DNA of 60,512 bases from Cyanophyceae cyanobacterium (GCA_050331735.1 JBHJGN010000041.1:1-60512), one strand, 5' to 3'. Positions 40,750 through 50,934 are shown, numbered from the stretch's first letter. The notes: generated by a model from the letters alone, not told the origin. Numbers and translations are program-made.

Positions 40750-42912
40750 CTAAGTAAGCGCGGTTGCTGCGGGTTGCTGTCCGTTCTGGTGAGCAACGGG
40801 TTCTTGCTTGAGGACAACTAAAGTGATATCATCAAACACCTTCTGCTTACCGATGTGCCGCCGCAAATCTGCAATGACGGCTTGCTTGATCTCCTCGGCG
40901 GTCCCCTGCCAGTTTTGAGAAATGACTTTGCATAGTTTATCGATCCCGTACTGTAATTTATCAGTGTCTTTGGCTTCGGTGATGCCGTCGGTGTAGAGCA
41001 CGATACCGTCTCCCGGAGCGAGCTTGACTAGAGTATGACTGATAAAATCAGCAATATCGTCATCTAAACCAATGGGAAAACCCAGATCGATCGTGTCTAC
41101 TCGCTCGATGTGTCCGCCAGCGCGAACGACAATGGTTTCTTCGTGCTGTCCGCTGAGGCTGACCTTTCCATCGGCATAGTTAAGAATAGACAAGGTGAGG
41201 TTTTTATCCGAGTTCATGCGCTGCACGTTTTGATAAATGGTGCGGTTGAGAGCGTCTAAGAATCTCACCGGGTCGGCTTCTCGGATTTCTTTGAGGGTGC
41301 GCACTGCGGTTTGCGTCATCACCATGAGGATGCCGCTTTCTAATCCGTGTCCGGTGACATCACCGATGCCTATTGTTACAATACCATCGGTATAGAGAAC
41401 GTCATAGTAGTCGCCGCCCACTTCATCGGCGGGTTCCATGTAGCCCGCGATATCGAGTCCTTCGATCGCTTGCAGTTCTTCTGAGGTAGGGAGAATCATC
41501 TGCTGCATCTGACGAGCCACATCCAGTTCAGCTCCGAGGCGGAGGTTTTCGGCTGCAAGTTTAGCGTTGAGGGCAGTAATCTGGGCGTTGGCTTGAGCGA
41601 GTTCGGCGGTCCGTTCCTCGACCTTATCTTCCAAGGTTTCAAAGGATTCCTTGAGCTGCCCTGCCATGCTGTTGAATGTATCAGCCAGCTTTTCCATCTC
41701 GACAATGCGGCTTGTTTGAGCTACTTGCTGATTGAGCTGGCCTGCTGCCATCTCTTCTGAAGCCTGGGTGATTTTGAGAACCGGACGAGTAATCCAGTGG
41801 GCAGTGAGAATGCCCAAGGCGATCGCGACTCCTAACGCATCGAGAGACAACATGAACGTTCTGCGGTTATTGGCGTAGATTTGCCCCATGAAATCGGCTT
41901 CGGGAACGACCACCGCAATTAGCCAATCTAGTCCGTCAACTCCCTCTAGTGGCGTAATCTGCACTAATTGGTTTTTGTCGTTCAGTTCAAAGCTGAAGCG
42001 AAGCGGCTCCTGAATTTGGTATAGATCCGTTCGTTCGAGCAATTGTCGAATGGTCGCCTGAATAACAGGCTGCTGACTCTCAAGGGCATTCAAGCGCACC
42101 GGATCTTCCTCACCTGCCACCTCTCTCGAGGGGCGTTCTTCTGTCGAGCTGGCGATCAGATTGCCGTTTAGTTCAAAAATAAACGCTTCTCCCGACTGGC
42201 TAATCTGTAGCTTGTTGAGGAAGTTGTTGAGTTGGGCAAGCAGTAAATTAGTAGCTAAAACTCCAACGGCCTCTCCTTGGGAGTCATAAAGAGGAGTGGT
42301 CGGCGAAATTTGCAGTACGCCTAAATTGGCTGAGGTAAAAATTGGACTCCAGGTTTGTTCTCCAGCGTCGAGAGTGATTTCGTACCAAGGGCGCACCCGA
42401 GGATCGTACTCTTTGGTTTGCAGCAGCTCAGTGCGATCGCCTGGTTCTTGCAGTTCGTAAACGAGTCGATTGGGAGCCGTTTCTTCTGTGCGGAATTTAA
42501 CGACGGTTCGCCCATCTAAATACTTCTGAACGCCCAGAAATTCGCCATCTTCTTTGCCAATGTAAATGTAGTCGATAGCGCCCGATAGCTGAATATCCGA
42601 CCAGAACTGTCGCTCTAGGGCATTTAAGTCGTTGGGGTCTAAATTACCGTTCCGAAACGCTGAAGCGAGAACGCCCTGTACGAGGTGAGGTTTTTCTAAA
42701 TAGCTTTCGAGGTGCTGATTAATCTCCCTGGTAACTTTGTTGCTGAGCTGAGTTGCCAAATCGGTGATTGTTTGCTGAGAATTGCGGAACGAAAGATACC
42801 CTACTAGCCCGACCGTCGCCGCAATTTGTACGACGAAAGGAACGACCAGCAACGAACGAAGACGAAATTTTTGACCGTGTTGCTTGGCAGATTCTGAATC
42901 CTTGTATTTCAT
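40750..42912 (-). CDS. Membrane sensor phosphatase: Cache, HAMP and SpoIIE/PP2C domains (paralog)
   Basis: YDPRVRPWY, HAMP, and the same PP2C motifs as the downstream gene. Confidence 0.92.
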   Translation of the reverse strand: MKYKDSESAKQHGQKFRLRSLLVVPFVVQIAATVGLVGYLSFRNSQQTITDLATQLSNKVTREINQHLESYLEKPHLVQGVLASAFRNGNLDPNDLNALERQFWSDIQLSGAIDYIYIGKEDGEFLGVQKYLDGRTVVKFRTEETAPNRLVYELQEPGDRTELLQTKEYDPRVRPWYEITLDAGEQTWSPIFTSANLGVLQISPTTPLYDSQGEAVGVLATNLLLAQLNNFLNKLQISQSGEAFIFELNGNLIASSTEERPSREVAGEEDPVRLNALESQQPVIQATIRQLLERTDLYQIQEPLRFSFELNDKNQLVQITPLEGVDGLDWLIAVVVPEADFMGQIYANNRRTFMLSLDALGVAIALGILTAHWITRPVLKITQASEEMAAGQLNQQVAQTSRIVEMEKLADTFNSMAGQLKESFETLEDKVEERTAELAQANAQITALNAKLAAENLRLGAELDVARQMQQMILPTSEELQAIEGLDIAGYMEPADEVGGDYYDVLYTDGIVTIGIGDVTGHGLESGILMVMTQTAVRTLKEIREADPVRFLDALNRTIYQNVQRMNSDKNLTLSILNYADGKVSLSGQHEETIVVRAGGHIERVDTIDLGFPIGLDDDIADFISHTLVKLAPGDGIVLYTDGITEAKDTDKLQYGIDKLCKVISQNWQGTAEEIKQAVIADLRRHIGKQKVFDDITLVVLKQEPVAHQNGQQPAATALT

Positions 42913-43128
42913 CGCTTTTGTGACAACTAATAATCCTTAGAGCGGCAACCCTGCAACGGCTAGTTCTTAATTTGTCATTGTTTTACTTTTTGGTTAAATG
43001 ATCCAGTGATAGCTCTCGAAACTAATGACCGACTCGACCAGAAACAGGAAAAGAAACCTCATCACCTTTCCCCCTTACCCTTGCCCCGTTTCCCTACACT
43101 AGCTCTTTATCACGGCTAGAAACTGATG

Positions 43129-44511
43129 TTATTCCTGCATTCCCGCATACAGCAGCCGTGCAAACAGCCTTGCCCCGTCGTCTTTCTTCAGGCGAGCGTA
43201 GGAGGGGGGCTGGCGACGACCGACAACCCGCAGATCGCTCATCAGTTCGGGATGAAACTGGCAGGTAAAGGAACGGCGGATCAGCTTGCTTTCAAAATCT
43301 TTGTAGTTGATGCAGGTTGCCGAACATTCTGTGACCACTTCATCTTCTATGGCTGTAGAGCACAAAATCTCCACGGCAAAGGGAAGCTGCAACAGCCACG
43401 ATAGATGACTCCCTGCTAAGATATGCCGATAGGGAATGATGGTATCGTGCAGCAGGCGATACGCCCAGTTTGCCAACAGAATCGCCTCCTCGTTGACTTC
43501 ATCCGAGTGGAACATGGAAATATTTAGTTCGTGTTCGTACTCGATGGAGGTATCGATCACGCCCTCAAATTCATCGGCAGTCACTTCGTGGGCGGTAATC
43601 AATTCTTGGGGAATACCAGAACCGCTATCGGGAGACTGATAGTGCCAAAGCTGGCGATCGCCTACCTCCCTCCGCTCGTTCGGTCCGACCGCAAATTCGG
43701 GATCGCCCCAGTTTTGGGCAATAACGTGACCACTCTTTTTCCGCACCGTTAGAGAACTGCCGATGTGCTGAATCTGACGACAGGTAACCTGGAGAGCTTT
43801 GAGCGCTTTCTGATCGCGATCGCGCTCTAAAGATTCCACGCTCAACACCTGGTCCACCGCCTGCCGAATCAGCCGCACGTGACCCTGCGCCGCAAGCTGA
43901 TGCCCGAGGCAGATAAATACAGCAGGGGCGCTAGTTGGAGAGCGAGAGAGCAAGAGCTTTTCGGTTAAGCAATGCAAATTCTCGAGAGAGATTTTCGCGC
44001 CATCAAAAGAGCGGGCGCTGCGCACCGATGGATTGCCTCCTTCCATCACCACCGCCACTCCAGACGACATGACGGGCACGATGGCCTCGGGATCGAGCAG
44101 TCCCGAAGACCAAATCGGAAACAGAATCGAGTCGCAGTCGGCAATTTTTTGGGCCAGGTAGGCAACGTTGAGTGAAGCACGAACCTCTTCTCCGTTGGCG
44201 TTCGTCCCGACGTGTTCCCAAGGCTCGATGATAGCGATCGCATTGCGGAACAGCCGAGGATGCTTCATCAGAAACTCAAATTTTTCCGGGGAGTCGATCA
44301 CCTTCTCTAACGGCTTACCTCCTCCCCACTCGAAGTTGGCGTTTTCATCGAGGAGCGATCGCTCTGGTAAAGGAGCGGGAGAATGTCTGTCGGCGAGAAA
44401 GCGCCCCATCAGAATGTGAACGGATTCAAAATCTGAACCGCCTTCACAGAAGTAACCGGGCTTGAGTCTCCAATCGGCTGTTTGGTGCTGCTGAGTGCTG
44501 GCTATCTGCAT
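43129..44511 (-). CDS. Class I glutamine amidotransferase-like protein of unknown function
   Basis: EGGNPSV, FICLGHQ (nucleophile Cys), FHSDEV, CQFHPE (His-Glu). Confidence 0.75.
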   Translation of the reverse strand: MQIASTQQHQTADWRLKPGYFCEGGSDFESVHILMGRFLADRHSPAPLPERSLLDENANFEWGGGKPLEKVIDSPEKFEFLMKHPRLFRNAIAIIEPWEHVGTNANGEEVRASLNVAYLAQKIADCDSILFPIWSSGLLDPEAIVPVMSSGVAVVMEGGNPSVRSARSFDGAKISLENLHCLTEKLLLSRSPTSAPAVFICLGHQLAAQGHVRLIRQAVDQVLSVESLERDRDQKALKALQVTCRQIQHIGSSLTVRKKSGHVIAQNWGDPEFAVGPNERREVGDRQLWHYQSPDSGSGIPQELITAHEVTADEFEGVIDTSIEYEHELNISMFHSDEVNEEAILLANWAYRLLHDTIIPYRHILAGSHLSWLLQLPFAVEILCSTAIEDEVVTECSATCINYKDFESKLIRRSFTCQFHPELMSDLRVVGRRQPPSYARLKKDDGARLFARLLYAGMQE

Positions 44512-45146
44512 TTTCTTAAACTGAGAGTTTGGTGCGGCGATCGCTACCTAAACAAAGAGACCAAGAATGAGACTGCAAACAATTGCTTGTTTCGATCGGT
44601 AGCAAAAGCTACCAAAAATCCTGGATCGCAAAAATAGGTAGGATCTCCGGCTCATCCTGATATAAATTTATTTTTGTGTAAGCAATGATTAACTGAAAAC
44701 TTATTAAACACTGAATCTTTTTGCCAGTCAATAAGCTCATGCTTTTCTTACTTGTGTAGTCTAGTTTTCAGTTGTGTAGCAGGGAAGCAGGCTATCCTTT
44801 CACTAGGAAGGTTGAAAAGCAGGAAAAGTAGGTTGATTAACTATTGTTGATTTGTAAACACAAGATTTTACTTTTCCTTGTGTGGCAAAAACGTTTTTTG
44901 TTTGTTAATTAGTCGCTACTAGCAAAATTTCTATCTCAAGTAGTCTCAGCTTGACTTTTCTTCAGCGGTTTTCGGTAGGATTCTCTGCTTTAATTGCATG
45001 ATGAGCGAGCAAGGCGATCGCGTTTTGAAAGTTAGACTATGCTAACAGAATCAGCAATAGCTCTGTTTTGGAAAAAAGGGTTGCAAGCCCGATTGAAAGA
45101 CTAGAACCCCCACGCTATGCCAACAAGGATTTAAACCATTCTGTCG

Positions 45147-47093
45147 TTAGGCAAATACAACATCAGCGGCGTTAACTCCACTGAGAACAGCAAGCGTTTC
45201 CTCTCCCGACACAATCAGAGCATCGCTGCCATCCTGGACGGCGCTGAAGTCGGTGGTTCCCAGTACCTCAATGAGGTCGTCTCCATTGCCGAAGTCAGTG
45301 ATGGTATCAGTGCCTTCCCCAAGGCTGAGGACAAAGGTATCGGCTCCCGTCCCGCCCGAGAAGTCATCGCCTGTGAGGGTATCGTTGCCAGCGCCACCGT
45401 TGATGGTGTCGTCCCCGTTGTCACCGAAGAGCGTATCGTCACCGGCGTCTCCGAAGAGGAGGTCGTCGCCGGATTTGCCGCCGAGGCGATCGCTACCTTC
45501 CCCGCCCCGAATGGTATCATCGCCGCCAGGGACATTAACTTGAGGACTGCGGCTGTTTAAGTCACCCCGCAAAACGTCGTCACCTGTTCCGCCTTCGATA
45601 TTGTCATCGCCCAAGCCCCCAGCCACGATATCATCACCGCCTGCGGCGAGAATCGACCCATCGACATCAGAGCCAACGATGGTTTCACCCTCATCCGTTC
45701 CTTCGAGGCTTCCAATCGGTGTGTCTTCAATTGTGGTGGTAATTGTGGTAGAGCTAGAGTCAGCGATGTAACTTTCGTCTTCTAGTAAAGTCAGAGAATA
45801 AGTTTCGCTGCCCTCAACTTGGTCGTCTTCAAAAGCGGCAATGCCAAAAGTTGCTTCGGTGACACCAGCGGCGATGGTTAGACTAGCGGTAATTACGCCA
45901 TCTTCTTCAACCTGTCCGAAGCCAACAATGTTGCTGATGAGTTCTGGCGGAAAACGAGTGTCGCCTGGACCGGATTCTCCATCAGGATCGTCCACTTGTA
46001 ACTGAACAACTAATCCGCCTGCTGGTGCTGGCTTGCTCAGGCTGAACGTTAGCAGTTGTGGGTCTCCCCCTTCAGCAATGACGGTGCTATCCGCGCTAAA
46101 GCTTACAGTTGGTAGTTCTATGTAGGAGAACACTTCTCCAGCATCAAAAGCAATATTATCAAAGCTCGGATTGAGGGAAACGAGAACGTTAGGAGGTAAA
46201 CCAGGCACAGCCTGCGTTTGTCCTTGAGTGTCTCCTGGATCAGATTCTGTATCTACATCGATATGTAGAGGCGTTTCTGGAGAGAAGTCTGGTTCTGCTA
46301 GGTTAATGGCAGCAACTAAGTCCCAAACCGGATTCGGATCGAGATCGCTTTGAATCACCGTAAGAGCAAAGTCTAAAAATTCGGCGGCGATGATGCTTTC
46401 TGGCGTTCCGGTTTCGAGCCATTCCTCATAATCTTGGCGAGCGAACTCGATTTGATTAGTGGCATCGAGGGGGGTTAGCTGTATTGTTAACCCGTTTTGA
46501 CCCGCCTCAAAGACCTCTTGAGCTGCAACCGGGTCGATCCAAATATTAAATTCGGCTACTTCGTTGGTAGAAAATGGTGGTTCGGGAACAACAGGTAAAT
46601 TACCTGGAACGAACACTGCTCCTCCCATAACCTGCACAATTGAAATATTTTCAATAATTGAGGGGTCTTGACGCAGGGCTGCGGCAATGTTGGTCAGTGG
46701 TCCCGTTGCCAGAATTGCTACGGGTTCTGGCGAACTCTTAATCGTTTCGATAATCAGCTCGACCGCAGGCTGAGTCTCAATGACGGGAACTTCTTCGGGT
46801 AGGGCAACAAACGGAGCCCAAAAGGTATCAGAGCCATCGCGGATGAAGTCGGGAAACTCATTGTCGCCTTCTAGTGGAGTAGAACGTCCGACTCCCACCG
46901 GAATATTGGTATATCCCAAACGCTCTAGCATACGCTTGATGTTTTCATCAAAGATTTCTGGGCGGGCAATGCCGTTAGAGATAGTGATTGCCTGCACGTC
47001 AAATTGCGGGTTCGCCAGCACGTAGGCGAGTGCCGTCATGCCATCTTGGCTACCATCGTCATCAAAAATTAGGGGAGTTGGTGATTCTTCCAT
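45147..47093 (-). CDS. IUNH-family nucleoside hydrolase fused to a Calx-beta-like domain and RTX repeats
   Basis: IFDDDGSQDG, ATGPLTNIA, MGG, AEFNIWIDP.AA, PLDAT, VWD; then PTVSFSA..DDQVEGSETYSLTL; GGxGxD repeats. Confidence 0.87.
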   Translation of the reverse strand: MEESPTPLIFDDDGSQDGMTALAYVLANPQFDVQAITISNGIARPEIFDENIKRMLERLGYTNIPVGVGRSTPLEGDNEFPDFIRDGSDTFWAPFVALPEEVPVIETQPAVELIIETIKSSPEPVAILATGPLTNIAAALRQDPSIIENISIVQVMGGAVFVPGNLPVVPEPPFSTNEVAEFNIWIDPVAAQEVFEAGQNGLTIQLTPLDATNQIEFARQDYEEWLETGTPESIIAAEFLDFALTVIQSDLDPNPVWDLVAAINLAEPDFSPETPLHIDVDTESDPGDTQGQTQAVPGLPPNVLVSLNPSFDNIAFDAGEVFSYIELPTVSFSADSTVIAEGGDPQLLTFSLSKPAPAGGLVVQLQVDDPDGESGPGDTRFPPELISNIVGFGQVEEDGVITASLTIAAGVTEATFGIAAFEDDQVEGSETYSLTLLEDESYIADSSSTTITTTIEDTPIGSLEGTDEGETIVGSDVDGSILAAGGDDIVAGGLGDDNIEGGTGDDVLRGDLNSRSPQVNVPGGDDTIRGGEGSDRLGGKSGDDLLFGDAGDDTLFGDNGDDTINGGAGNDTLTGDDFSGGTGADTFVLSLGEGTDTITDFGNGDDLIEVLGTTDFSAVQDGSDALIVSGEETLAVLSGVNAADVVFA

Positions 47094-47155
47094 TACATTC
47101 TCCGAGTTTACCTATGTTCACTATGCCAGCAACATGGATTTACGCTGTTCTGTCG

Positions 47156-47533
47156 TTAGGCAAACATAACATCAGCGGCGTTAACTCCACTGAGACCAGC
47201 AAGCGTTTCCTCTCCCGACACAATCAGAGCATCGCTGCCATCCTGGACGGCGCTGAAGTCGGTGGTTCCCAGCACCTCAATGAGGTCGTCTCCATTGCCG
47301 AAGTCAGTGATGGTATCAGTGCCTTCCCCAAGGCTGAGGACAAAGGTATCGGCTCCCGTCCTGCCCGAGAAGTCATCGCCTGTGAGGGTATCGTTGCCAG
47401 CCACACCATCATCAGTTGGCGCAACCCAAGAATTGGCTTCCGGTTCTCCTCCGGCAATTGTCAAACTGGCAACGACTGACTCAAGGTCAGTCATAATACT
47501 GAGCAGCCTTGGCGAAACAATGTTTTCGGTCAA
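47156..47533 (-). pseudogene. Internally deleted paralog carrying a duplicate of the RTX C-terminus
   Basis: The last ~82 codons are nearly identical to 45147-45392; the short N-terminal part resembles a Calx-beta-like fragment. Confidence 0.7.
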
Positions 47534-47716
47534 AACTCCTCGTTGAGATAGACAATTTTTGTTGATGAGAAAGATAGTATCAGCTTTTTTGATTTTAAAA
47601 CCATAAATTTCCCTGTATATTTACTTAAGTGGAAATATTTTTGTCTTTTCCTACCAATTTAGCTTTCTAGCTTCTTTTTTTTCTCTTTTCCCACCTAAAA
47701 TACTCAAGGTTAAAAG

Positions 47717-47857
47717 TAATACCATTGACCAAAAGTAGTCAGATAGTTCCTTAAACTAACTAAGCATTGGAGGTTCAAGGGCAAAGAGCTGCTGTGCTTC
47801 CCTTTCCCCTTTCCCCCAACTCATCAAGTCTCCTATTACTTTTTCTAATTGGTATAA
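47717..47857. mobile_element. MITE-like element, family A, copy 2 (141 bp, inverted)
   Basis: TAATACCATTG...AATTGGTATAA; reverse complement of 32511-32651 with scattered mismatches. Confidence 0.75.
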
Positions 47858-47922
47858 CTACTGCTCGTCGTAGATAGTCCCAGACAGAATACTTAGTTCG
47901 ATAATAGTCAGATCAATTTGCC

Positions 47923-48960
47923 ATGCTGAAAAAACTTTTCATTTCATCAATCCCACTCACTAGTGCCGCTCTAACAATGAGTTTGGCATTAAGAACTCCT
48001 GAAGCCCACGCTGCAACGTTTAGCTCCATTTCCCGTATTTATGCTTACGGAGATAGCTATTCGGACGAGGGTTTATCGTTTGAAATTTCCACCCAGGCTG
48101 TGAACGCTGGCGTACCCGATTCATTTGCGTTACCAGCCGATCCTGCTCTAGGACTTTATGATGCTGAGGGACGCTGGACCAATGGACCTACCGCCGTTGC
48201 AGTGATGGCTCAAAACCTTGGAGTTAGTTTAACTAATTACGCGGTCGGCGGTGCAAAAAGTGGGAACGGCAACTACTACAGTTGGCTAGACTCTTTTCAG
48301 AACACAGGGTTCTTGGGTCAGATCGAGCAATTTGCCCCAGAAGCTGAATCTGCTGATGCGAGTGCCTTACACTTTATCTTTGTCTCAGCCAATGACCTGT
48401 TTGAATACACCGACTTTGGTTTGCCGGGAACCGTTGAAGAACTTGCCTCTCAGACTGTAGAAAACATTGGAGAAGGCGTATCTGAACTAGCCGCATTAGG
48501 GGCAACGCAGTTTTTTGTGGTCAATTCTTCAGACCTGGATATTCTTCCTGGCGTTATCGAGTTTGGGCAAGTACAGGAAGCGGCTCAATTTACCGATTTA
48601 GTGAACGCACTGCTTCCTGATGAATTAGACATCCTTTCACAGCAGTTAAATGTAGAAATTGCTCTCTACGACCATGTAGCAATCAGTAACGAAATTCGTG
48701 CCAATCCAGATTTCTACGGCTTAACTAATATAAACGACCCCTGCCAACCTGTTTTTCCGGTTGAATCAGTTTGTTCAGCGCCGGACGAGCACTATTTCTG
48801 GGATGAATATCATCCCACTCGCCGCGCCCATCAAATTATTGGTGAAGACATGGCAAGCGTTGTTGATACTCAGCAGTCACAATCAGTTCCTGAGCCATCT
48901 GCTGTATTCGGTTTTCTCTCTCTCGGCTTATTGGGTACTTGGTGGCGTCGTTGCCAATAG
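47923..48960 (+). CDS. SGNH/GDSL hydrolase with a signal peptide and PEP-CTERM sorting signal
   Basis: YGDSYSD, GRWTNG, NYAVGGA, ANDL, FWDEYHPT, VPEPSAVFG..WRR. Confidence 0.92.
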   Translation: MLKKLFISSIPLTSAALTMSLALRTPEAHAATFSSISRIYAYGDSYSDEGLSFEISTQAVNAGVPDSFALPADPALGLYDAEGRWTNGPTAVAVMAQNLGVSLTNYAVGGAKSGNGNYYSWLDSFQNTGFLGQIEQFAPEAESADASALHFIFVSANDLFEYTDFGLPGTVEELASQTVENIGEGVSELAALGATQFFVVNSSDLDILPGVIEFGQVQEAAQFTDLVNALLPDELDILSQQLNVEIALYDHVAISNEIRANPDFYGLTNINDPCQPVFPVESVCSAPDEHYFWDEYHPTRRAHQIIGEDMASVVDTQQSQSVPEPSAVFGFLSLGLLGTWWRRCQ

Positions 48961-49050
48961 TATATCGGTCAGCTTGTGAGTAACTGACAATTTGGCATTG
49001 CACAATAGATAAAGTAATAGCAGCAAATTACACAAGATCAAGGAAAAATC

Positions 49051-49119
49051 GTGCAGAGTATACACTTTAAAACTCATGTAGGTGAAGACGGATTGTTAAC
49101 TGTACAATTGTCTTCATAA
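49051..49119 (+). pseudogene. N-terminal fragment of a small antitoxin-like protein
   Basis: AAGGA RBS; MQSIHFKTHVGEDGLLTVQLSS-stop resembles the N-terminus of small cyanobacterial proteins found beside PIN toxins. Confidence 0.4.
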
Positions 49120-49125
49120 AAGTAA

Positions 49126-49347
49126 CTAACATGAAGTTAAAGCATCTAATTTAGACAGTATTTTGAGCCCTTCTTCGGGGTTTCCAGTGGCTGCTATAGC
49201 TTTAAATCTAGTATGGATATCAAACTCTGCGATCGCCAGAGTAGATAGCTCTTCAATCAGTTTGTTAATACTGATTCCTTTAGCCTGGGCTAGTTCTTTT
49301 AATCTTGCGTGTTTGTCGTCTGGCAACCGAATTGTCAAAGTTCCCAT
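49126..49347 (-). CDS. Ribbon-helix-helix (HicB-like) antitoxin with no adjacent toxin
   Basis: MGTLTIRLPDDKHARLKELA..KGISINKLIEEL; AGGAG RBS. Confidence 0.8.
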   Translation of the reverse strand: MGTLTIRLPDDKHARLKELAQAKGISINKLIEELSTLAIAEFDIHTRFKAIAATGNPEEGLKILSKLDALTSC

Positions 49348-50098
49348 TTTTTAACTCCTGATCTTTATCGAGAGGCTTTTCCCAAACTGATACGTGGTAG
49401 CGACTGATGTTTGTAAATGGTTCTTTTTTCCAACCTCCCCATCTTGCTTTCAGCTTTAAATTGGCGATTCGCGCCATCAAATCGAGTTCTGATGGCCAAA
49501 CGTAGCGAAACGGGATTGAAGTCAGCTCTACCTTTTGGGTACGAACTCTCAAATGATGCGACTCCAAAGATTGAGAGACGACATTATAGGTATCTACTCC
49601 CCAATAATCGTTACGGAAAGCAAAGACATGGTTTGTTTCGCCATGAGGGATTCGCTGAAGGGCAGGAACCATGACCTCGATGACGAAACTCCCACCAGGG
49701 TTGAGGTGTGAGGCAGCATTTTGGAAACAGCTAACTTGCTCATCCTGAGTGGTGAGGTTCATGATGGTATTGAAAATCAGGTAGACAAGCGAGAACGATC
49801 TTTGGCATGGCGTAGTGGCGAAATCCCCCTGAGTCACAGAAATACTCTCTCCGCCAGGTTTTTCGGCAAGCTTGGCGAGCATGGCGTTAGAAAGATCGAT
49901 TCCATGAACTTCAACACCTTTCATCGCCAGTGGCAAAGCGATTCGGCCCGTCCCAATACCAAATTCAAGGGCACTCCCGCCATCGGCGAGTTCTGCCAGA
50001 AAATCAACGACAGGAGCGACTGCTTCGGAACTGAAGGAATCTACATCATCGTCATAGGTTGAAGCGACTCTTTCGTTGAAATATCCATCACTATGCAT
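49280..50098 (-). CDS. Class I SAM-dependent methyltransferase
   Basis: LEFGIGTGRI, GIDLS..ML, QGDF, HLNPGGSFVIE, WPSELDLMA. Likely start ATG 50098 (ORF track 50155); the 3' tail overlaps the antitoxin gene. Confidence 0.88.
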   Translation of the reverse strand: MHSDGYFNERVASTYDDDVDSFSSEAVAPVVDFLAELADGGSALEFGIGTGRIALPLAMKGVEVHGIDLSNAMLAKLAEKPGGESISVTQGDFATTPCQRSFSLVYLIFNTIMNLTTQDEQVSCFQNAASHLNPGGSFVIEVMVPALQRIPHGETNHVFAFRNDYWGVDTYNVVSQSLESHHLRVRTQKVELTSIPFRYVWPSELDLMARIANLKLKARWGGWKKEPFTNISRYHVSVWEKPLDKDQELKNGNFDNSVARRQTRKIKRTSPG

Positions 50099-50424
50099 GG
50101 TTGATCTCTTAACTGGATGAAGACCAGAAGGACAGCTCCCTGATGGATTTGTCATAGCACACGTGGTGCAACAGAGTTGGTAGGTCCAACAATCATTTTA
50201 AGCTCATCCTGGGCTTCAATAATATAAATTTTCCTGTTAACTGTAGATAGCTAAAGAGATTTTATTCCTGATCAACACAGCGGAGCGGCTTCCAATTCCA
50301 ACCTGTGTTCCGTGGACTTTCCCCATTGCTCGTGGGCCAATCTGTAGAAATGTCAAAATAGTCTAGATCACGAAAAATACACTGCTCCACTAGTTAAGAC
50401 AGTCAAGCGCACAGGAGTTATAAA

Positions 50425-50811
50425 GTGACTAATACCAATGGGGACAATCACCGTGATGAACAGCTTGAGCAAATTATTACAGCCCTCGCTGACTTAAGAG
50501 ATATTACTCGTGGTTTGGTCAATTTTGATCAAGAAAACTGCACAGCTCTTGCTAACTTAAGAGAGATTACTCGTGATCTAGTAGACGCTAACCAAGAAAA
50601 CCGAGAAGCGATCAATCAGCTAGCGATTAATCAACAAGTCTTGAGAGACTTAACTCAGCAGATTGCGCTTAGCCACATTAATCTTAACGAGAACGTCATG
50701 CCTCAGTTTGTCAGCCGAATGGAAGAAATGCAGTCTGAAATTCGAGGACTACAGACGGAGAACCGTAGAATTATCGACAGACTATTTGGAGAAGACGACG
50801 AGTCGCAGTGA
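50425..50811 (+). CDS. Hypothetical coiled-coil protein
   Basis: AGGAG RBS; 21-aa internal duplication (TALADLRDITRGLV / TALANLREITRDLV); C-terminus EIRGLQTENRRIIDRL. Confidence 0.7.
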   Translation: MTNTNGDNHRDEQLEQIITALADLRDITRGLVNFDQENCTALANLREITRDLVDANQENREAINQLAINQQVLRDLTQQIALSHINLNENVMPQFVSRMEEMQSEIRGLQTENRRIIDRLFGEDDESQ

Positions 50812-50934
50812 TGTTGCACACTATTTCGACTGCTAACTTTGCTTGAGCAGAGATGGTCAGCATTGTTTCTGCGGACTTTGTAGGTTAGGGACAGAGGAGA
50901 TGAAAGCACAACCCTCTTCCTCTAGCCCTAGCAT

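Noticed and set aside
50184..50245. Possible degenerate attC upstream of the methyltransferase
   Set aside because: Core-like ends are present but arm pairing is too weak to call.
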